Below, piece after piece: positions 35,648-44,088 of a stretch of 64,000 nucleotides of DNA. The DNA comes from Lachnospiraceae bacterium (lineage in GTDB: Bacteria > Bacillota > Clostridia > Lachnospirales > Lachnospiraceae). Below the pieces are notes generated by a model. The model was not told the origin of the DNA. It made no database searches and worked only from the letters and a program-made list of their open reading frames with translations. The stretch is from the NCBI GenBank assembly GCA_016283575.1, contig JAEEND010000027.1, positions 2,711 through 66,710 on the forward strand, given 5' to 3'. Each line of letters starts with the position of its first letter. Position 1 is the first letter of the stretch. The position numbers and the translations under genes are program-made.

Positions 35648-36116
35648 GTATCCCTATATGGATTTGAAGACCGGATTGGGATACTTTCTTCAACCTGAAA
35701 GGGTGTTTTCTATGAATCTGTATCCCAGTTTGATGGAAGCTTCCGTATTGGGATACGCCAGACAATCTGAAAGGGTGTAGGCAATGATAAACTATCCCAG
35801 ATGGTTGCTTATTTTCATATTGGGATACTTTTTTCAACTTGAAGGGTGTTTTCCTTGAATCTGTATCCCAGTTTAATGGAAATTTCCGTATTGGGATACG
35901 TGAGACAATATGAAAGGGTGTAGGCAATGATAAACTATCCCAGATGGTTGCTTATTTTCATATTGGGATACTTTTTTCAACTTGAAGGGTGTTTTCCTTG
36001 AATCTGTATCCCAGTTTGATGGAAGCTTCCGTATTGGGATACGGGAGACAAAACTAAAAGGGGTGTGACAGTGAAAAACTATCCCAGTTTGATGGAAATT
36101 TCCGTATTGGGATACG
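35648..36116. repeat. Array of seven 72-bp units with a GTATCCCA..N..TTGGGATAC palindrome, and a 143-bp higher-order repeat
   Basis: Unit starts are 35648, 35720, 35792, 35863, 35935, 36006 and 36079. Two unit subtypes alternate, and the linkers share GAAAGGGTGT. Confidence 0.9.
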
Positions 36117-36149
36117 TGAGACAAAACTAAAGGGGGACAGCAACAAAAT

Positions 36150-36169
36150 CCCGGCGGAGTGCCGCCGGG
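36150..36169 (-). terminator. Terminator after the phosphoesterase gene (bidirectional shape)
   Basis: CCCGGCGG-agtg-CCGCCGGG, flanked by A-rich sequence on one side and T-rich on the other (ATTTTGTTG on the coding strand). Confidence 0.65.
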
Positions 36170-36176
36170 TTTATTT

Positions 36177-37115
36177 TTAGTATACAATTATCTCGCCTAT
36201 ACTTCCCATAAATTCGGGAGTAAAGACGTGTTCGATGCCATATTCGCTAAACCGGGTTTCAAAGCTTTCATGAAGATGAGCTGCAGGTATCAGGAATGGG
36301 GTATCGATATCATAGAGAATCTCTAAAAACGAACCGGTAACTTCATTAGGCACCTGCTTCGCGTTCTTGCCCCAGTAAGTTAAGCCTCCGCGATGCTCCA
36401 TGGTGAATTCTTCAAGTTCACCGGGCACTTCTTCTTCAAAAGGGATATGAGTCGCGATTATAAAGGTTTTATTGGGCTTCGAAAGAATCTCTCTTGCTTC
36501 TTCAACAGGCCCGGGAAGAATATCCTGGTCGCTTGGATTCATGCCAAGTATCACAACATCACCCACTTCTCCTAAAAGAACCTTGGAATTATCGCATACA
36601 CCATCCTGGCGATCCGTGGCTTTATAGTTGTCTTCATCTTCAAGCCAATATGGGTATCTGTCGTGGTCCGAGCGTATATACATATAGGGCGCCTTTATCT
36701 TAGCTAAGCCTTCTTTTAAGGCTTCCGTATTGGCGCGTGAATTAAAGTCAACAATGTCTCCGCCGAAGATCACGAAATCTGGGTTATATTCATTGATAAG
36801 ATCGGGAAGCATCTGCCATTTTTCATATGTGGTGGTGCCGTTTGATGAAAAGGCCTCAATACGCCCTTTAATATTCTCCTGCTCCGACTCTTTAACTTCA
36901 TCATTTAAGACCTGCAGGTGAACATCGTTTATATAAAGAATGTGAATTTCTTTTTCTGTTTTATTATCAATAAATGGTGAGTCAAGTGAGACGGTTTCCA
37001 TGGTAAAACCTGCCGCAGCAAAAGGCGAGCGGGCCTCTTGTCGCGTGCAGGCTACCATGAATAGAGTGAATATGAAGAATAAAATAACTGTTTTCTTAAT
37101 AAGTGTGTTTCTCAT
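36177..37115 (-). CDS. Calcineurin-like metallophosphoesterase, probable lipoprotein
   Basis: Signal/lipobox ..LFMVAC; motifs INDVHL, FGGDIVD, ATHIPF, AAHLHE. It overlaps the GH3 stop by 4 nt. Confidence 0.8.
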   Translation of the reverse strand: MRNTLIKKTVILFFIFTLFMVACTRQEARSPFAAAGFTMETVSLDSPFIDNKTEKEIHILYINDVHLQVLNDEVKESEQENIKGRIEAFSSNGTTTYEKWQMLPDLINEYNPDFVIFGGDIVDFNSRANTEALKEGLAKIKAPYMYIRSDHDRYPYWLEDEDNYKATDRQDGVCDNSKVLLGEVGDVVILGMNPSDQDILPGPVEEAREILSKPNKTFIIATHIPFEEEVPGELEEFTMEHRGGLTYWGKNAKQVPNEVTGSFLEILYDIDTPFLIPAAHLHESFETRFSEYGIEHVFTPEFMGSIGEIIVY

Positions 37116-39532
37116 GCTTTCTTCTTGAGAGCTAAAAGCTTAAGCACATGGCTTGCGGCTCTCTCAAGCTGCTTTCTTTTTAAATTACCGGTGCGAAGCT
37201 CGTTCATAAGGCGCTTGTAGTCATCAAGGCATCCCGGCATGAACACGTCACCACCGGCGGCGGTAACTTTGCCCGCATTGGGAATAGGTCGGGTCTCGTC
37301 ACTGTAGAGCATGGCGCCGCCCAGTACCCAGTCCGTCATAACAAGATTATCATATCCCCACTCACAACGCAAAATGTCATGGGTGAGACCGCGGTGCTCG
37401 GATGTATGCGTTCCGTTTATAAGATTATATGAGGTCATGATGGATAAGGGATTTGCTTCCCGCACGCAGATTTCAAAGCCCTTTAAGTATATTTCACGCA
37501 TAGCTCGTTCCGATACATGGGCATTGTTATTGTATCTGTCGGTTTCCTGGTTGTTGGCGGCAAAGTGCTTGATGGTTACGCCCTTTCCTGCGTGTGCCTG
37601 AACACCTTTAGTGATCGCAGCCGCAAAAACACCGGATACAATGGGATCTTCCGAAAAATACTCAAAGTTTCTTCCGCATCTGATATCTCTGTGGATATTA
37701 AGGGCCGGTGCCAGCCACAGGTCTATGTTGAAGCGTTCCATTTCGTCGCCCACGATGTCACCGCATTCTTTTGCAAAAGAAGGGTTAAAGCTCTGGGCAA
37801 TGGCAGTGCCGATGGGGATGGCGGTGCAGTATTGGTCTCTTATGGGTTCGCCGTTCTTGGGCTTTCCCTTGGGAATAATATATTTCACAAAGAAGGGAAG
37901 GAGATCCAGCATTCCTTCAATGACATTTAAGCCATAGGTGTGGGCGCCTTCTGCGTCTTCATAGTACTGAGGGCTCAGTCGCAAACCCGCAGGGCCGTCT
38001 GCCATCACAATGGTGTCGATGCCGCGGTTTCTAAACCTTCCCACAGTTTCACCGGCAGCGCCTGCTACTGTCATGGCCTGGTTTCCTATAAGGGATCCGA
38101 GGCCTGCTTTATCCTTAAAGTGACCGATGGCGAAGTAAGCCAGATCTTCGTCAGAAAAGTCCTTTAAAGAATCATTAAGCTTTGTGCAGAATTCGTAAAT
38201 ATATGTCTTGTGACTGAAGTTCTCAGGGAGAAGTGTCACGGTTTTAATGTCTGTATTTAACTCAGGTACATGCTTTGCCGGAGGTGTGAAATCCTTGAAG
38301 CCCGGGTCTCCGAATACATTCTTATTGCATGAGATCGTAACTGTCTGAGGCAGTGTGATGCGACCGAAGGGCTTTAAATCCGTGCTCTGATGTCCGGCTC
38401 TTAAGATATAATCACCGGATTCAAGAATATAGCTTGCGGTTTCTTCATCATATGATGCAAAATCTTCAAGCTTAAAGCTTGCGCTGACGGTAGCTTCAGC
38501 TCCCGGTGCAAGTTCCGTGCTCTTGTTAAAGGCTGCCAGCTGTTTAACGGGCTTATCCAGCTTTCCGTTAGGGCAGGAAATGTAGACAAGAAGCGCTTCT
38601 TTTCCGGGGTAAATGCCGGTATTCTTGATGGTTGCAGTAACCGTAACGCATGTATCTTCCACCAGAAAATCAGGGTTCTTTACTTCAAACTCTGTATAGG
38701 AAAGGCCGAATCCGAAAGGGAATGTGGGCTTAACAAGACAGGAATCAAAGTACTTGTATCCTACATAAATGCCTTCTTTGTAATATGTTTCGCGAGGGTC
38801 ACCGAAGTCTCCCAATTTGCTGTAATCAGATTCTTTTGCCCAGGTTGTGGTGAGCTTACCGGAGGGATTAGCATTACCGAGAACTATGTCGGCAAGGCAG
38901 GCGCCGGTTTCAACGCCGAGCTGGGAAAGTACCAGAATGTTATCCAATTTATCGTAAACAGGGGAAAGATCCACGGGGCCGCCGGTATTCAGAACCAGCA
39001 TGAATTTATCGTAAAGCTCGCGAAGCTTCAAAATGTCACGGATTTCGGAGTCAGATAAGTAAATGTCACCTTTACTTAAAGTTCTGTCATTTCCTTCGCC
39101 GGAAATACGGGCCACAACGTAGATCGCAGTGTCGCACTCACGCTTAATGGTCAGGTCGAATTCGGGCTCCGGCATAACAGCTCCCATGCCGAAGAAAACG
39201 GGATTTACATGGGCTTTTCGCGCTCTTACCTTAAGATCTTTTATGAACTGTTTCTTAGCTTCGGCACGCACCCTGTCATAGGCATCAAGCCATTCTTTTG
39301 TGGTGACTGTGAAGCCTGCTTTTTCAAAGCCTTCTTCAATATTTATGAAGAATCTTGAGTTTACCTCGCCGGAACCGGTGCCGCCCTTTACGGTCTTTCT
39401 TACACCGTTACCGTAGAGCGCTATATTTCCGGGAGTCCCGACAGGGAAGCTTCCGTTCTTTTTAAGGAGCACGGTGCATTCCGCAAGGCTCTTTCTTAAG
39501 ACCTCTAAGTGACTCACTTCGTAATCGTACAT
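37112..39532 (-). CDS. Glycoside hydrolase family 3 beta-glucosidase with permuted domain order
   Basis: The GH3 C-terminal-type region (GGTGSGEV, FGFGLSYT, Fn3-like) comes first. The catalytic region (GLRL, NIHRDIRCGRNFEYFSEDP, KHFAANNQE, SIMTSYNLINGTH, VMTDW) sits at the C-terminus. Confidence 0.88.
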   Translation of the reverse strand: MYDYEVSHLEVLRKSLAECTVLLKKNGSFPVGTPGNIALYGNGVRKTVKGGTGSGEVNSRFFINIEEGFEKAGFTVTTKEWLDAYDRVRAEAKKQFIKDLKVRARKAHVNPVFFGMGAVMPEPEFDLTIKRECDTAIYVVARISGEGNDRTLSKGDIYLSDSEIRDILKLRELYDKFMLVLNTGGPVDLSPVYDKLDNILVLSQLGVETGACLADIVLGNANPSGKLTTTWAKESDYSKLGDFGDPRETYYKEGIYVGYKYFDSCLVKPTFPFGFGLSYTEFEVKNPDFLVEDTCVTVTATIKNTGIYPGKEALLVYISCPNGKLDKPVKQLAAFNKSTELAPGAEATVSASFKLEDFASYDEETASYILESGDYILRAGHQSTDLKPFGRITLPQTVTISCNKNVFGDPGFKDFTPPAKHVPELNTDIKTVTLLPENFSHKTYIYEFCTKLNDSLKDFSDEDLAYFAIGHFKDKAGLGSLIGNQAMTVAGAAGETVGRFRNRGIDTIVMADGPAGLRLSPQYYEDAEGAHTYGLNVIEGMLDLLPFFVKYIIPKGKPKNGEPIRDQYCTAIPIGTAIAQSFNPSFAKECGDIVGDEMERFNIDLWLAPALNIHRDIRCGRNFEYFSEDPIVSGVFAAAITKGVQAHAGKGVTIKHFAANNQETDRYNNNAHVSERAMREIYLKGFEICVREANPLSIMTSYNLINGTHTSEHRGLTHDILRCEWGYDNLVMTDWVLGGAMLYSDETRPIPNAGKVTAAGGDVFMPGCLDDYKRLMNELRTGNLKRKQLERAASHVLKLLALKKKA

Positions 39533-39658
39533 ATACTTTCCCTCGTGTATGTGGATATGGTTAATGTTCTAATTGCATTGGGGTTTCAGGCTTATTGTTT
39601 TTTCCCTCGATCAATGCCGGGGCTCTTAAAGTCTGAAAATAAAGAAAATATTTAGAAT

Positions 39659-39687
39659 ATTATAGCATAGAGTGGTAAACATAACAA
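39659..39687 (-). promoter_or_regulatory. Sigma-A-type promoter of the GH3 gene
   Basis: Minus strand TTGTTA-N17-TATAAT with TGc extended -10, about 120 nt upstream of the ATG. Confidence 0.55.
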
Positions 39688-39701
39688 GGTATTCGCGCAA
39701 T

Positions 39702-39723
39702 AAAAAAAGACCTCTTAGGTCTT
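39702..39723 (-). terminator. Terminator after tRNA-Gly
   Basis: Minus strand AAGACC-taaga-GGTCTT followed by a T-run. Confidence 0.55.
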
Positions 39724-39733
39724 CAAAATCTAA

Positions 39734-39804
39734 AGCAGAGTACGGGAATCGAACCCGCCTCTCAAGCTTGGGAAGCTCGCATACTACCGATGTACTAACC
39801 CTGC
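39734..39804 (-). tRNA. tRNA-Gly (anticodon CCC), no encoded CCA
   Basis: Folded by hand. Acceptor GCAGGGT/ACTCTGC, D arm GTAC-ATCGGTA-GTAT, anticodon arm CGAGC-TTCCCAA-GCTTG, 4-nt variable loop, T arm GCGGG-TTCGATT-CCCGT, discriminator U. Confidence 0.85.
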
Positions 39805-39892
39805 GGGTTATGCAGGGGGCGGTGGACCTCCTGCATATACTATGAGGTGGAGCCCCTGGGTTTAAGAGGCTCCTTGGGGTAACTTAATTGTA

Positions 39893-41092
39893 TCAAATCC
39901 GGTAAAAATCGACAACCTTTTTCACTGCTTTTATCGTATCAGCCACATCCGCATCGGTCATGGATGCATAGAAGGGAATCGACATGATGGTGTCGTAGGT
40001 TCGCTCAGCTACAGGGCATAAGCCCTTCTTGTAACCGAGAGATTCATAGTATGAATGCATGTAAACAGGTAAGTAGTGAACCTGAGGACAGGTGCCTTCT
40101 GCGTAAAGCGCATCGAAGAATTCACGTCTGTTACATTTAAGCTTATCGGTATTTAACCGGATAATGTATAAATGCTGGGCGGTATCCGATTCAGGAATCG
40201 AATCCTGTAAGAAAAGCTCCGGCATCTGTGAAAAAGCTTCATCATAGCGCTTTTTTATTTCTTTTTTACGGGCTTTGAATCTCTCAAGCTTATTTAACTG
40301 GCTGAGTAACAATGCTGCCTGGAAATCAGTCATACGGTAGTTGTAACCAAGCATAACCTGTTCATTGTACCAGCCTGCGTCGGATTTATTCACCATCTCG
40401 TTAATGTCACGGGTGATGCCATGGGATCTTAGCAAATGAAGCTTCTTATAAAGCTCGTCGTCATTGCACATGCAGGCTCCGCCTTCTCCTGCTGTTACAT
40501 TCTTTACAGGATGGAAGCTGAAGGTTGTAATGTCGGCGATGGAGCCAACGGGCTGACCCTTATATTTGGTGCCGATGGAATGAGCTGCATCTTCTATTAA
40601 ATAAAGATTATGTTCTTTACAGATAGCCTTTAATTCGTCGAGTTCAACGGCCTGGCCGGTGAAATCAACCGCTACAATCGCCTTGGTCTTATCAGTTATT
40701 TTTCTTTTTACATCTTCAAGGTCGATATTGTAGGTGTCGGGGCGGATGTCCGCAAATACGGGAGTTCCGCCACAGTAAAGCACGCAGTTTGCGCTGGCCG
40801 CGAAGGTGATGGACGAAACAATGACTTCGTCACCGGGTTTGATGCCGATAGCCATGCAGGCAAGGTGCAACGCCGCTGTACCGTTTGAAACCACGATTCC
40901 ATGCTTCGCATGGGTCATGTCGCAAAGCTTCTTTTCAAGTTCCGTTACACGGGGGCCGCAGGTGATATAGGGGCTTCTCAGGGTATCAACAACTGCCTGA
41001 ATATCGTCCTCTTCCACGCACTGGCGTCCGTAATATATGGCATTTTCGTGATCTCTCACGGGGGTGCCGCCGAAAATTGCTAAAGTATCCAT
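39893..41092 (-). CDS. DegT/DnrJ/EryC1/StrS-family PLP-dependent sugar aminotransferase
   Basis: 399 aa with SNGTAALHLA, DEVIVSSITFAASAN and FSFHPVKNVTAGEGG (PLP lysine). Confidence 0.88.
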   Translation of the reverse strand: MDTLAIFGGTPVRDHENAIYYGRQCVEEDDIQAVVDTLRSPYITCGPRVTELEKKLCDMTHAKHGIVVSNGTAALHLACMAIGIKPGDEVIVSSITFAASANCVLYCGGTPVFADIRPDTYNIDLEDVKRKITDKTKAIVAVDFTGQAVELDELKAICKEHNLYLIEDAAHSIGTKYKGQPVGSIADITTFSFHPVKNVTAGEGGACMCNDDELYKKLHLLRSHGITRDINEMVNKSDAGWYNEQVMLGYNYRMTDFQAALLLSQLNKLERFKARKKEIKKRYDEAFSQMPELFLQDSIPESDTAQHLYIIRLNTDKLKCNRREFFDALYAEGTCPQVHYLPVYMHSYYESLGYKKGLCPVAERTYDTIMSIPFYASMTDADVADTIKAVKKVVDFYRI

Positions 41093-41175
41093 TTATTTCC
41101 TCCATCATCAATAAAACCACATTAATGCCTGCAGTTTTATTTTTAAGTAATAATCCTTTAAGCTTTTATGAAAAT

Positions 41176-42801
41176 TTAGATAAATTCTTTTATTAAGGTT
41201 CGACATAATTCCTCACTCTCAAGTTCCGACGTACCGCCATTATCCCTTTTATAAAAGAGATAAAAGAAATTATCCCTATCTGCCTCTTTATCTTTTGCTT
41301 TAAACGCAGAGACAACATCACCGACCTTAGCAATTTTCTCTTCACCCTCACGTATAGGGAAAGAAATATTAGTATCAGAAAAATCCGGTTTTCCAAAACC
41401 GCTGTTGAACTGCGCGGCCTTTATGATTACAAAGTCACACTTAATGTTTTTAGACTTCGCATAGTTGTTTAAACATTGTGCAAGTTTTAAGATTTTATTT
41501 TTTTCTTTTTTTTGCACTTCCTTTGTAGGCTCATCTAAGTCTTTGTTATCAATTTCTTTAAGGTCTTTACTGATCAGATCAATAAGTTTTTCATCAATTG
41601 TCCATGTATCTGATCGCCCAATTAGATAATTTGCTGTTGCTATCATTGCACTTTCAAATTTGTTTAGGATTTCTCCTCCGGACGCCTTTCCAAGAAAAAA
41701 CGCCTTATACTCGGCTTCTGATTTCCATACAGGATGCCGTCTATTTATACGATTAAAATACTCGTCGCTTAAATCACTAGGGAAGACGTTTTTCATAAGG
41801 TACACTATGTCATCATCGCTCATAAGACGAACCTTAACATTTTCTTTTAACTCTATCCCAGTAGGGAGCAACGATTCAAGGCTAAATAGTTTTTTACCAA
41901 GTGCCTTAGTCTGTTCGCACAGATTATTGATTATATGTTGCAATATATATGTTTCGTAAATAACAGTTGGGTGGCTTTGAATCCACTTTTTTTCTGCGTC
42001 GTGAGCATAAACTACATTTTCAATTACACTTACCGCATTTTTATAATAAGCCAGTTCAAAACCCAAGTCCGTTTTAACTATAGTAAGCGCCCCAAGTAGT
42101 CGTTCATAATCAATACTAACCGTGTCAAAACCTGTGATATAAGCATCTCTTATCAGATAATCAAGCTTGTCAACATCTATTACTTTGGAATTAAGAAGTT
42201 GAATGAAGCAATTTTTAATATCATTTTCATCAGACTTCTTTAAATATTTATACCCTGTTATGCATCGAGCAAAAAATGAACGTTCTTCGCTATCTTTAAA
42301 GAGATTAGGAAACGCTACGATGCCTACTATCGCGCTCATAATTTCATGAGCTGCTGCAGAAGCAGCCTTTTCAGCGGGCAAATCGCACCTGAATGAATCT
42401 GAGCCCACTACTTCAATCAACTTAGTATGTAGATCTGTTTTGTTCTTATTCTCGTCAAGATAAAAATCTTCTCCGGTATGCGAAAAAGGTGCATGACCCA
42501 CATCGTGAAGCAAACATGCAATTTCGAAAATTCGACGGTAACTATCTACCGCAATCTTTAAGGCAAATTTACGATTTATCTCATCCGCAATCCGTCCTCC
42601 TGCCATCTCACCCAAATGAAATACACCCATTGAATGAACAAATCTGTTATGAACCGCAGACGAATAAAGCGGAGAATAACTTGTCTGTATTATTCTCCGC
42701 AATCTTTGAAAATATGCAGTGTCAATTATATCATTCATATAATTTGATGGGATATTTATATAACCATATATGGGATCTTTCAGTCTTTTAAAGTCTTTCA
42801 C
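41176..42801 (-). CDS. SAMHD1/dGTPase-like HD-domain phosphohydrolase (541 aa)
   Basis: DPIYGYINIP..IIDTAYFQRLRRI, HNRFVHSMGV, LLHDVGHAPFSH, DVDKLDYLIRD. The GTG start lies 7 nt after the upstream stop. Confidence 0.8.
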   Translation of the reverse strand: MKDFKRLKDPIYGYINIPSNYMNDIIDTAYFQRLRRIIQTSYSPLYSSAVHNRFVHSMGVFHLGEMAGGRIADEINRKFALKIAVDSYRRIFEIACLLHDVGHAPFSHTGEDFYLDENKNKTDLHTKLIEVVGSDSFRCDLPAEKAASAAAHEIMSAIVGIVAFPNLFKDSEERSFFARCITGYKYLKKSDENDIKNCFIQLLNSKVIDVDKLDYLIRDAYITGFDTVSIDYERLLGALTIVKTDLGFELAYYKNAVSVIENVVYAHDAEKKWIQSHPTVIYETYILQHIINNLCEQTKALGKKLFSLESLLPTGIELKENVKVRLMSDDDIVYLMKNVFPSDLSDEYFNRINRRHPVWKSEAEYKAFFLGKASGGEILNKFESAMIATANYLIGRSDTWTIDEKLIDLISKDLKEIDNKDLDEPTKEVQKKEKNKILKLAQCLNNYAKSKNIKCDFVIIKAAQFNSGFGKPDFSDTNISFPIREGEEKIAKVGDVVSAFKAKDKEADRDNFFYLFYKRDNGGTSELESEELCRTLIKEFI

Positions 42802-42808
42802 TCTTAAG

Positions 42809-43168
42809 CTATACTCCTAAAGCCTTAACGGAACTATCATTAACAAAAGCCATCAAAACATCGAGCGCAAGGTATCCTCTAAACTGATTAATCAAGTTCT
42901 CTACAGTGATACCCTCTTTTAACTCGATACCTGCTTCACCATTATCTTTTTTTTCAACAAAGAAATCTGAATAATTTCTAAAAAGAGCATGTGTGCTTTC
43001 ACGAGACAATATAAGTACTGCCTTTTCGTCTTTTTCACTAAGCAACTCAACAACCTTTGACCCGTAGTCTTCAATCTCTTTATATGTCAAAAAAGATTTT
43101 TGGGCACGACGTAGAGACTCAATCAACGCATTAGCTGCTAAATCCTCAATGCCAATATAAAAACACAT
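42809..43168 (-). CDS. Hypothetical 119-aa acidic protein, upstream partner of the HD protein
   Basis: The ATG at 43168 is preceded by AAAGGTG; the ORF-track GTG at 43177 is less likely. No TM segment or known motif. Confidence 0.65.
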   Translation of the reverse strand: MCFYIGIEDLAANALIESLRRAQKSFLTYKEIEDYGSKVVELLSEKDEKAVLILSRESTHALFRNYSDFFVEKKDNGEAGIELKEGITVENLINQFRGYLALDVLMAFVNDSSVKALGV

Positions 43169-43340
43169 AATAATCACCTTTTCTAAAAGAATTTTCTTTG
43201 GTTTTTAAATGATATCATTATAAAAAATAATATACAATATTAAAAATACACTAAATCGAACAAGTTTTTCTGATATTATTAACTCATTCCTTTTATCTCA
43301 CTATAAGCCGAATAATGATTCCTAGTCGTGTGGCTTTCGA

Positions 43341-44066
43341 TTACTTAACAACTTTCGTAAATTCAATCGTTTCTGCGTTTTCGTAATCAGCAAATAACTT
43401 CTTGAGTTTACTGTCATCCTCGATAATAAGATTGTCAGATGCGTTTTCTTTTAAACTATAGTAATATGTCGCGTTGCCTTCTGAATCGTACATTTCGTAA
43501 GCGTCCTCAGTTGCAATAAGCTCACCATTTGCAACAGAGTAAGTCGTCATTTCGTGTTTTGAGCCTACATATAAAAGGCCTGCTTTTACGGATAAAGGAT
43601 AGCCTGTTCCGCCTGCGCTCACATAGCCAAGGTAAGCAGGCGTGCCATCTTTATAATAATAGATTTCCGAATCGATAGCGGCATCGATGCCTTCGTCATC
43701 GTACACGCCGGATGATATCAATAGAACGTCAGTATCTCCCACCGGGACATTGGCATACCCCATGTCGTTATCCAGGGAATCTACGATTTGAGTAAATGTC
43801 TCGAAACCTCTTATATCACGAGGTTCGTGAGAGGGCTCTGATTCGCCTTCACTCGCCTGGTCGGAAGCCTTACTTTCTTCCGCATTTTCAAGAGCAGACT
43901 CTGCTTCAGTTTCAGCATCCATCTCATCGGTAGAGTCTTGTTCTTTTATTGTATTTTGTTCTACAGAAGCATTTACTACGGTATCTGAAACCGTAGCCTT
44001 ATTATTGCAGGCGCACAGGACTAGCATCATCGCAATTGTAAGTGTGAGAAAATATAGCTTTTTCAT
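43341..44066 (-). CDS. Putative lipoprotein with acidic linker
   Basis: Signal peptide MKKLYFLTLTIAMMLVLCAC with a lipobox-like LCAC, followed by an E/D/S-rich segment. Confidence 0.7.
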   Translation of the reverse strand: MKKLYFLTLTIAMMLVLCACNNKATVSDTVVNASVEQNTIKEQDSTDEMDAETEAESALENAEESKASDQASEGESEPSHEPRDIRGFETFTQIVDSLDNDMGYANVPVGDTDVLLISSGVYDDEGIDAAIDSEIYYYKDGTPAYLGYVSAGGTGYPLSVKAGLLYVGSKHEMTTYSVANGELIATEDAYEMYDSEGNATYYYSLKENASDNLIIEDDSKLKKLFADYENAETIEFTKVVK

Positions 44067-44088
44067 GGTGACCTCCGGAATAAAAAAA

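Noticed and set aside
24831-36116. CRISPR interpretation of the two 72-bp-period arrays (about 37-bp repeat plus 35-bp spacer geometry)
   Set aside because: The spacer segments are homologous to one another and recur. The repeat cores vary while only the palindromic arms are conserved. No cas genes or leader are present in the window.
35610-36187. ORF-track proteins 35610-35927 (105 aa) and 35873-36187 (104 aa), with repeating peptides such as VSQYGNFHQTGI
   Set aside because: They lie entirely within the 72-bp tandem repeat array. The peptide periodicity simply mirrors the DNA repeat, there is no SD, and the composition is implausible. They are treated as artefacts of repeat DNA.
39734-39804. 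tRNA-Gly as the integration site of a genomic island covering the low-GC 41-64 kb region
   Set aside because: The low-GC DNA lies on the 5' side of the tRNA and is separated from it by a ~53% GC DegT gene. No integrase and no direct repeat of the tRNA 3' end was seen.
39893-41092. Linking the DegT aminotransferase (PseC-like) to flagellin glycosylation
   Set aside because: It lies 27 kb from the flagellin array. No other pseudaminic or legionaminic acid genes or Maf-type transferases are visible, so the sequence alone cannot assign the sugar pathway.
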